Part shown: one piece after another, positions 55,301-63,039 of the stretch
Layout of the letters: each line of letters starts with the position of its first letter
Numbering within the stretch: position 1 is the stretch's first letter
Assembly: GCA_964525995.1 (NCBI GenBank)
Contig: CAZGIM010000012.1
Location: 3,636-67,635, forward strand
Reading direction: 5' to 3'
From: an uncultured Prolixibacteraceae bacterium
GTDB taxonomy: Bacteria; Bacteroidota; Bacteroidia; Bacteroidales; FEN-979
DNA: 64,000 bases
Notes under the pieces: model-generated
What the model saw: the letters and a program-made list of their open reading frames with translations, nothing else
Told to the model about the DNA's origin: nothing
The model's database searches: none
Position numbers and translations under genes: made by a program

Positions 55301-56470
55301 GATCAGTTCGAGCCATACACGGATATTCTTGATGTGGTTGCGGTCGACATGAAGCTGCCAGTTGTCGGTAAGGTACACCACGCCCGGAGTAACGAATCCC
55401 ATCCTGATGAGCTTGTTCTCAAAATAGCGGATCAGGGAAAGGTTGTCGCTGTTCATGATCTCTTTACCCAGGGTCAATACCGAATCGAGTACGGTACCTA
55501 CGTGGTGCTGTCGAAATTCTTCAAAGAGCTGAAAAAGGTTGTCGATTGATACGAGTATCTGATCTTCCGTAAGTTCCTTACCGATATCGCGAATCACACG
55601 GTTCAGGTCCCAGAGCAGGTAATCCCGTTGATGCACCATTCCCGGGAGGTGAAGAAGGAAAAACAGATAGTGAAGTTTTTCGATTGCTTTTTCAAAATTC
55701 CCTGTAAATTTCCTGAATGCCGTGGCGATATCGGTGTAGGTAAGCGAAACCTTCACTACTTCATTCCAATTTCCGGCATCAGCAAGCTTTTGTCGCTGAA
55801 CATCGAAAAAAGGTTTTCCCAATTGCAGGATTTGATTGGAGTACTGATCACCGAATATTTTCTGCTTTGATCCGTACCATGCTTCTATTTTTGTGGAAGA
55901 CTCCCAGAAATCGAGATTTTTTATAGCGATTTCACGGACCATTGTCAGGATTCGGGACGAAACCGCAGGATCTTCAGAAAGTTTATCAAGGCTTGTAAAG
56001 AAAATTCCCAGGTTGGCAATGCAACTTTCCGTGCTGGCGCCGATGTTTTCTTCTAACACACTGATTGCGTGTTCGATCGTCTGTTTGAAGAGGATGGGGT
56101 CAGTCGAAAGGTTTTCGATCAGTTTCAGGAGTGTGTAAACCAGTTGTTCCTTGAGCCGTGGCTCCAATTCTTCCCGGAGCAGGGTGGAAATGATATTGCA
56201 TTCCGCATCAAGCGCTCTGACCGCTTCGGGAAGCGCCCGGTAGAACCATAAGTCGCCAATGAAAATTGCCGGAATTTGTCCTACGACATCAGCGTGATTG
56301 GAATAGGGATGATGGAACTCGTTGAAAAAATCTTCTGAGCGCTTATGAATTCCATAGTAATTGTCAGAAAGGCTGATAAACCATTGATGCTCCTCTGGTA
56401 TGTCGATTATCAAATCCCTGGTATGTGCCAGGTTTATTTCCAGTGCGGTCGATTGTAATCCGGGGTTCAT
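52373..56470 (-). CDS. 1365-aa PPDK/PEP-synthase-like dikinase: unassigned ~865-aa N-terminal region + PPDK_N ATP-grasp domain + PEP-utilizer phosphohistidine domain; no PEP/pyruvate-binding domain
   Basis: Motifs [119 protein letters not shown]. The protein ends 62 aa after the His. Confidence 0.8.
   Translation of the reverse strand: [1365 protein letters not shown]
52376..53860 (-). other. PPDK-like nucleotide-binding plus swivelling phosphohistidine domain region of the 1365-aa protein
   Basis: See motifs above. The predicted catalytic His codon (CAT on the minus strand) is at 52562..52564, within GGATSHAAV. Confidence 0.75.
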
Positions 56471-56485
56471 GGTCGTTTAGTTTGA

Positions 56486-57490
56486 TTACAGGGTCGCGAT
56501 ATGCTTTAAAAGGTCGATGATCCGGTTGGAGTAACCGCTTTCGTTGTCGTACCAGGCCAGCACCTGAACGAAATCGCCGCCGAGGACTTTAACGCTCAGG
56601 GCATCGAAAATGGCCGAATGCGGATTGTTGATGATATCGCTTGAAACGATGGGATCGCTACAATATTCCAGGTATCCTTTAAGCTGCATCCGGGCCTGAT
56701 TTAAAAAGGCTTCACGGATCATGGGAGCGGTTACAGGATTGTTCAAAAGGGCAGTCAGTTCGACGAAGGAACCGTCGGGCACGGGAACACGTGTCGCGAA
56801 GCCGTCGAACACGTTGGTCATCTCAGGCATGACCAATGCTACCGAGCGTACCGCGCTTGTCGTGGTAGGAATAAGGTTCACCGCTGCGGCCCGGGCACGC
56901 CGGAAATCATCATGCGGCCCGTCGAGGGTTGATTGGTTGTTGGTATAGGGATGTACGGTATTCATGAAAGCCTTTTTCACGCCAAAGGAGTCATGCAGGA
57001 CCTTGAGCATCAGCGCAACGCAGTTGGTTGTGCACGATGTATTCGAAATGATCCGGTCGGTGGGAAGGAGCTGGTGGTGGTTGATCCCCATGACAACGGT
57101 ACGGTCGATCAGCTCGTCGCCGGGGGGACAGGAAAGGATCACGTTGCGGACACTTCCCCTGAAATGCTGTTCAAGTTCCTGACGGGTTTTAAAGAGGCCG
57201 CTCGATTCCACGATCACCTCTGCCCCGGAGATATCCCAGGGAATGGCCGATGGATGCATGCCCGAGGTGACGGGGATTTTCCTGCCATCGACCAGTAAAA
57301 ATCCCCGGCCCGGTTCAATCGTTCCCAAAATCCTGCCATGAACACTGTCATATTTTATAAGATGCGCCAACAGCGGCACATCCATCGCATCGTTGAGGTG
57401 AACAATTTCAATCTCCGGTGTTGCAGCGGCAAGTCTGAAAACCAGCCTCCCGATCCTTCCCAGTCCGTTTATTCCTATTCTGATAGCCAT
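56486..57490 (-). CDS. gap: Type I glyceraldehyde-3-phosphate dehydrogenase
   Basis: 334 aa: GINGLGRIGRLVFR, SNTSCTTNCVALMLKVL, TVHPYTNNQ, LAWYDNESGYSNRIIDL. Confidence 0.9.
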   Translation of the reverse strand: MAIRIGINGLGRIGRLVFRLAAATPEIEIVHLNDAMDVPLLAHLIKYDSVHGRILGTIEPGRGFLLVDGRKIPVTSGMHPSAIPWDISGAEVIVESSGLFKTRQELEQHFRGSVRNVILSCPPGDELIDRTVVMGINHHQLLPTDRIISNTSCTTNCVALMLKVLHDSFGVKKAFMNTVHPYTNNQSTLDGPHDDFRRARAAAVNLIPTTTSAVRSVALVMPEMTNVFDGFATRVPVPDGSFVELTALLNNPVTAPMIREAFLNQARMQLKGYLEYCSDPIVSSDIINNPHSAIFDALSVKVLGGDFVQVLAWYDNESGYSNRIIDLLKHIATL

Positions 57491-57566
57491 ATTGAGTTCA
57501 GTAAGCGTATTTTAATCTAAAAGAAAAACCACTTCCGGCGCCTGATTGGTTGGGGACCGGTTGTTA

Positions 57567-57598
57567 CAAATTTAACGCTTTTTCCGATTGGATTTCAA
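57567..57598 (-). promoter_or_regulatory. Candidate Bacteroidetes-type promoter (-33 TTG / -7 TAnnTTTG) for the gap operon
   Basis: Minus strand reads CCTTGAAATCCAATCGGAAAAAGCGTTAAATTTG. TAAATTTG matches TAnnTTTG and TTG lies 21 nt upstream. The motif ends 76 nt upstream of the ATG at 57490. Motif match only. Confidence 0.3.
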
Positions 57599-57668
57599 GG
57601 AAAAAAGATCCTTACTCCGGCAGTGGAAAATTAAAAAAACGGAAACAACTCGACTGACCGGGGATTGA

Positions 57669-59978
57669 TCATTGAACGGGCAGGGAAAAACTGAAAGCGC
57701 TTCCACTTCCGGCTTCGCTTTCGGCCCAAATCTTTCCGTCGTGTTTATCGATAAATTCCTTGCAAAGAATCAGTCCGAGGCCGGTTCCTTTTTCCTTCGC
57801 GGTTCCATAGGTAGAATAACTTTCATCGATTCGGAAAAGTTTTCCCAGTGATGCCTGGTCGATTCCCACACCCGTATCCCGGATTGTAACGATAACGTCA
57901 GCCGGTGTTTGCTCAGCAGTTATGGTGACGGCGCCTCCCGGTTTCGTAAATTTGATGGCATTGGAAATCAGGTTGCGCACCACGGTGCTGATCATAGGTC
58001 TATCCGCACTGACGATGTATTTCCGGGAAATGTTATTCACGATGGTTATCGATTTCTGGTGCGCCGAATCCTCCAGCAGTGAAGCCACATCACCAATCAG
58101 CCGCGTTAAATCCAGGTACTCCGGATTGAATTCCATTTTGCCAGTCTGGGATCGGGACCACTCGAGGAGGTTGGTCAGCAGATCAAGGATACGGTTCGAT
58201 GATTCGTGGATGATACCCGCGTACCTGCCCACCTCCTGGTAATCTTTCTCTTCGATTCGTTCCTTTATAACATCACTGAAACCGATGATGGCATTGAAGG
58301 GATTCTTGAGGTCGTGGGCGATAATCGAGAGAAATTTATCCTTCATCATATTGAGTTCCCTGTAACGGGTTTCGCTGAGGCTGAGGGCTTCCAGGGTTTG
58401 ACGTTGCCGGGTGACATCCCTCGAAAAAACGCCCACCTTGTCGGTGGTCTCATTTTGGTAATGGATCGGGTAAATCACATATTCGTTGTATATTCCATCT
58501 CGTACATCCTCTCCGTGGATTATCTTTCCGGTATCCAGCGACTGATGGATAAGGGTTAAACGCTTTTCGGCAATTGCGGCCGGTAAGAAATCAAAGAGAT
58601 TCTTCCCCAGCATTTCTTCCCGGGTCATGTGCATCCGGCGGGCATGGGCCTCATTGGTATCGAGGACAGTTCCTTCCCGGTTGAGCAGGATTATAAAATC
58701 GTCGGTCGATTCCATGATGGCCCGGGCATTGGTCTCGCTTTCCCTGAGTTTTCGTAGTATGATTTTCTTATCAGTGATGTTTCGGATAATCGCTACAATC
58801 TCGTTCTCAGAATAGGGCACCATGCGGCATTCAAACTGTTCGATCTCCTTACCGGGAATGGGAAGTTCATATTCATAAATCTGGATGGATTTGCCCTTCA
58901 GGGTTTCCCGGATCTTTCCCATGGTCAGTTCTGCAAACCATGCCGGCATGACTTCCGAAATGCTGTGTCCGATAAACATTTCCGGTTTCAGGTAAAGATC
59001 CTCGGAAGCCGCTTTATAACTCAGGAAAACGCCGTCGGCATTCACCTGAAATATCATGTCGGGGATCGCCGCTATCAGCGCCCTGGCATGCTGTTCACTT
59101 TCGCGAAGCGCCTCTTCTGTTTTCTTTCGCGCCGAAATATCCCTGATCAGCGCCAAAATGTACGCTGTGTCGCCCAGTTCTATTTTTCCGGCGCTGACTT
59201 CGACCGGATAAAGGGTTCCATCTTTATGTCGGTGAACAACTTCCAGCGTTTCATGTTTGATTTTTTCCAGCACCTCCTCGACGGATCGATCCTTCATTCG
59301 TTCCCGGGCTCCGGGCTCCAGGTCGCGGAATGACATTTTCAGGAGTTCTTCGGCTGAATATCCGGTACGGGTGACAGCAGCCTGATTGACTTCGATGATA
59401 TCGCCTTTCATGTCGTGGAGGAAGATCATCTCGACCGCCTGATCCATTATAGCTCGGTACTTCATCTCCGATAACTGCAACGCTTCATCCTTGCGTTTCT
59501 GTTCGGTAATATCGATGATATTTCCCGAAACTCTTGCAACCGATCCGCTCTCAAAAACCGGGCGACCGATGGTCCGGATCCAGATATGGCGTCCCGTCGT
59601 TGTAATGAAGGGGAATTCCAGGTCGTATGGAATCCCCTGTTCACAGCACTTTTTGAATGCGGTCAGGATTGTTTCCCGGTCGGAGGGCAGGTAACATTGG
59701 AGACTCGCCTCAATGAGTTCTTTTCCCTGCACCGTGTAAGTATCAGGGTCAAAGTCATGGATCCGGTAGGTTTCGGGAGTCCAAATCAACAACTCCGTGT
59801 TGATATTCCACTCCCATCCTCCTATTTTGGCCAGTTGCTGGGTCGTTTGCAAAAGTTCATACATCCGTTCAAGCGCCTCCTCACAGAATTTATGTTCAGC
59901 GGATATTTGACCGGAGTTTCCCGTTTCGATCACCTCCTTCGACGGATGTTGTCTCTTTTTTGGCTCGCTCATATCCAA
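57669..59978 (-). CDS. Multi-PAS cytoplasmic sensor histidine kinase
   Basis: 769 aa with no obvious TM segments. About four PAS/PAC modules. FLSIIAHDLKNPFNAIIGF H-box. NLISNAIKFT, GTGLGL. Confidence 0.85.
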   Translation of the reverse strand: MDMSEPKKRQHPSKEVIETGNSGQISAEHKFCEEALERMYELLQTTQQLAKIGGWEWNINTELLIWTPETYRIHDFDPDTYTVQGKELIEASLQCYLPSDRETILTAFKKCCEQGIPYDLEFPFITTTGRHIWIRTIGRPVFESGSVARVSGNIIDITEQKRKDEALQLSEMKYRAIMDQAVEMIFLHDMKGDIIEVNQAAVTRTGYSAEELLKMSFRDLEPGARERMKDRSVEEVLEKIKHETLEVVHRHKDGTLYPVEVSAGKIELGDTAYILALIRDISARKKTEEALRESEQHARALIAAIPDMIFQVNADGVFLSYKAASEDLYLKPEMFIGHSISEVMPAWFAELTMGKIRETLKGKSIQIYEYELPIPGKEIEQFECRMVPYSENEIVAIIRNITDKKIILRKLRESETNARAIMESTDDFIILLNREGTVLDTNEAHARRMHMTREEMLGKNLFDFLPAAIAEKRLTLIHQSLDTGKIIHGEDVRDGIYNEYVIYPIHYQNETTDKVGVFSRDVTRQRQTLEALSLSETRYRELNMMKDKFLSIIAHDLKNPFNAIIGFSDVIKERIEEKDYQEVGRYAGIIHESSNRILDLLTNLLEWSRSQTGKMEFNPEYLDLTRLIGDVASLLEDSAHQKSITIVNNISRKYIVSADRPMISTVVRNLISNAIKFTKPGGAVTITAEQTPADVIVTIRDTGVGIDQASLGKLFRIDESYSTYGTAKEKGTGLGLILCKEFIDKHDGKIWAESEAGSGSAFSFSLPVQ

Positions 59979-59983
59979 ATTTG

Positions 59984-62437
59984 TTAGGTACCTGACGGGA
60001 GGGTAAACCTGAAGGTGCTTCCCTTTCCCTCTTCACTTTCGACGCGGATCTCCCCGCCCTGTTTAACAACGAATTCCTTACATAATATCAAGCCCAAACC
60101 GGTTCCTTTCTCCTTGTCGGTGCCGGGTGTGCTGATTTTATTATCAATGGAGAAAATCTGAGATCGTCTCTCGGCTGGGATCCCGATTCCGGTATCGCGG
60201 ATGGCAACCTCCACCATTTCGTTTTGTCTGGATGCTTTAACAAAAATGCTTCCGCCCCGCGGGGTAAACTTTATGGCGTTGGATACCAGGTTCCGCACGA
60301 TGGTATCAACCATATTTTGATCCGCAACCACCCGGAGGCCGTCGGGAATCTCCACCGTGATGGCAATATCTTTTCGCGTCGCCTGTCCTTCGACAACAGG
60401 GAGCGTCTCCATCAACTGCTCCTTCAAATTCATCACCGCGGGCTGAAAGGTGATCCTGCTGGTCTGTAAATTGGCCCAGATGAGCAGGTTTTCAAGCAAT
60501 GCATAGGCTTGCTTCGATGAGGAGGCAATTTTCATCAGCAATGTGGTAACCTGATGCTGGTCCATCGTCCCGAATTCCTGAATCAGGAAGTCGGTAAATC
60601 CGAAAATGGAGTTGAACGGACTCTTCAGGTCGTGGGCAATGATCGAGAAGAACTTATCGCGTGTGGCAACCAGTTCGCGGAGTTCCTCGGCATTCTTTTT
60701 CATTTCGAACTCCATTTTCTTCCGATTGTCGATATTCCTGCTGACACCCAGTACTTCAATTTCACCGGTGGCATTGAATTGTATTTGTGTGGCAACTTCA
60801 ACCCAGATGACCGAACCATCTTTACAGGATTGCCTGACTTCGTTCAACTGACGGGTCAGGTTCGTATCCCGGTGTTTGAGAAATTCCGGGATGCCAATCT
60901 CAAGTCCGCGCCTGACCAGCTCCAGCGATTCCGGTTCCAGTGATTCATCCATCGACTGGGCCATCGCCTCTTCCGGGGTATAGCCGCGGAGGTGGATGAT
61001 CGAGGGGCTGATATAGGTAAACCGTTCGCGCGACAGGTTTAAGATCCAGATCACATCGGCCGTATTTTCAGTGATCAGCCGGTATTTTTCTTCGCTTCTC
61101 CGAAGTTGTTCTTCCGATTTCAGCCGTTCGGTGATATCAAAAAAGGTGACCACGGCGCCTGTGATCTTACCCTCATGAACAATGGGATACGACCAGTATT
61201 CGGCCGGGAAGCTGCTTCCGTCGGCCCGCCAGAGAACCTCATCGGTAACATGCGTTCCGACCCCTACCTGAAATGCTTTAAAAATCTCGCATGCATCGAC
61301 CGGAAACGGGGTGCCGTCCTTTCTTGTATGGTGGATAAGACGGTGCATATTTTTCCCGATGACATCGTGATAGTTCGGATAGCCCAATATCTTTCCCGCG
61401 GAATTATTGCAGAAGGTACAATTTCCATCTCTGTCGATGCCATATATCCCTTCGGCTGCGGAATTAAGCAATTGAAGGAACTTCTCCTGGCTCTCCTTCA
61501 GATCGAGTTCCGCCTTCTTATGGTCGGTGGTTTCAAGGGTCAGCAGAAAGATCCCCTCGGGAACCGGTTCGACGTGTACTTCAAACCAGGCGATGGAACC
61601 ATCAGGAAAAGCATAGGAGGATTCAATGCGACCGGGAGTGCGCTCCTCCATACATTTTTTATAGACTATAAAGAAGGAGGTATCTTCGATTCCGGGGAAC
61701 AGATCCTGAATTTTTCTACCAGTCATCTCTTCCTTGTTCATCCTCGCCTGGAGCGCATTTGCATCATTCAAATACAAAAAGGTCCAATCATATCCGACCA
61801 GGACACACCCTTCCAGCATCGTGTCGAGCGTTGAACGGAAGCGTTCTTCTGACAACCGCAATTGTTCATGACTGATCCTGAGTTGTTCGTGTGTATCTTT
61901 GAGTTTTGAGAAGCTGTTTATTTCATTATGCAGGATCAGCGCAACGTAATTGAAGAAAAGGTTTAACAGCTTTTGAACTTCAGAAACCGAAATCACGATA
62001 TTCTCAATTTTGAAGACCCCGATGATCTCCTTGGCGGCCAGCAACGGAAAGATCCAGGTGATGGCATTTTTCAGCCCCGGTGTGGTCATGTGGGTTTTAC
62101 TGATATCATCCTTTGATTCGACCGGTTCGCGGGTTTCCATGACCTTTCGCACGTCGGGGTCATCGATTTCGGCTAACCGTAATCGTTTCCCGAAAACGTC
62201 GGCGTAAAAGTATTCCTGGTCGAGGGTATAATAAATGGTCACGTTGGAGCCGCCGATGTTATTCATTACGGTCAAAAGAATGTTATCGATGGTGTTTTCG
62301 AGCCCTGTACCCGAACTGATCCGGGTCACGAGGTCGGCGATCAACTGGAGGTACGATTTCTCGAGGGCAAGTTTTTCAACGCGTTTCCTCAGATTATCGA
62401 GTTCTTCTCTTTCGATTGTAACCATTTCCGTGTTCAT
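59984..62437 (-). CDS. GAF/PAS sensor histidine kinase
   Basis: 817 aa. N-terminal coiled coil plus a GAF-like region, three PAS modules. FFSIIAHDLKSPFNSIFGF H-box. NLVSNAIKFT, GTGLGL. 5 bp upstream of the next kinase gene. Confidence 0.85.
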   Translation of the reverse strand: MNTEMVTIEREELDNLRKRVEKLALEKSYLQLIADLVTRISSGTGLENTIDNILLTVMNNIGGSNVTIYYTLDQEYFYADVFGKRLRLAEIDDPDVRKVMETREPVESKDDISKTHMTTPGLKNAITWIFPLLAAKEIIGVFKIENIVISVSEVQKLLNLFFNYVALILHNEINSFSKLKDTHEQLRISHEQLRLSEERFRSTLDTMLEGCVLVGYDWTFLYLNDANALQARMNKEEMTGRKIQDLFPGIEDTSFFIVYKKCMEERTPGRIESSYAFPDGSIAWFEVHVEPVPEGIFLLTLETTDHKKAELDLKESQEKFLQLLNSAAEGIYGIDRDGNCTFCNNSAGKILGYPNYHDVIGKNMHRLIHHTRKDGTPFPVDACEIFKAFQVGVGTHVTDEVLWRADGSSFPAEYWSYPIVHEGKITGAVVTFFDITERLKSEEQLRRSEEKYRLITENTADVIWILNLSRERFTYISPSIIHLRGYTPEEAMAQSMDESLEPESLELVRRGLEIGIPEFLKHRDTNLTRQLNEVRQSCKDGSVIWVEVATQIQFNATGEIEVLGVSRNIDNRKKMEFEMKKNAEELRELVATRDKFFSIIAHDLKSPFNSIFGFTDFLIQEFGTMDQHQVTTLLMKIASSSKQAYALLENLLIWANLQTSRITFQPAVMNLKEQLMETLPVVEGQATRKDIAITVEIPDGLRVVADQNMVDTIVRNLVSNAIKFTPRGGSIFVKASRQNEMVEVAIRDTGIGIPAERRSQIFSIDNKISTPGTDKEKGTGLGLILCKEFVVKQGGEIRVESEEGKGSTFRFTLPSGT

Positions 62438-63039
62438 CGGTTCCCGAGCTTTAAAAAAATGGTTTGTTTTAAAATCGATTCAAGGTGATCCAATGAAACA
62501 TCCCTCCATCGGAGCGGTAATCCGACAGTTTCCGCCGCGTGCTGTGCCCCGGATTCAAAATTCCCGGAGCAGGGTGTTCGCAGCGCGAGAAGGTAGGTAC
62601 GGTCGCCTCTGAAAATCTCTTTTATCACCCCGGGGTTGGAGCCGAAAGTTTTTTCGAGGATCTCATCCCAGCGGCGCGCCCAGTCTTCAAGTAAAAAGTA
62701 AGCTCCTTTTGAAAGTTCTTCGTTAAAAAGGGTTTTTCCTAAAAGCATTTCGGCGCAATTCTGTCCCTGCGACCGGATAGTTTTTGAATTCTCCAGAATC
62801 CGTTCCATCAGGGGGTGGCAGGCGCCGTAAAAGACGATCGTTTCGCGGGTTTTATATTTGCTGAGGGCGGCATTCAGAGATCCTGACAGTTTTTCAAAAT
62901 CGATATGGAGGAATGAGTTCAGGAAGTGGGATTCGACCGGCCAGTTGTTTTTCCGGATCAGGAAGGCGATCTCTTTTTTCAGGATCCCGCAACTGATCAG
63001 AACCAGTTTATCGTTTTGGGTCGTGTTTTCAGGTTTCAT
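62434..63039 (-). CDS. DUF1638-like protein (family usually linked to corrinoid-dependent methyltransferase systems)
   Basis: 201 aa. LVLISCGILKKEIAFL and YGACHPLM segments resemble DUF1638. 4-bp overlaps with both neighbours. Assignment from memory of the family pattern only. Confidence 0.5.
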   Translation of the reverse strand: MKPENTTQNDKLVLISCGILKKEIAFLIRKNNWPVESHFLNSFLHIDFEKLSGSLNAALSKYKTRETIVFYGACHPLMERILENSKTIRSQGQNCAEMLLGKTLFNEELSKGAYFLLEDWARRWDEILEKTFGSNPGVIKEIFRGDRTYLLALRTPCSGNFESGAQHAAETVGLPLRWRDVSLDHLESILKQTIFLKLGNR

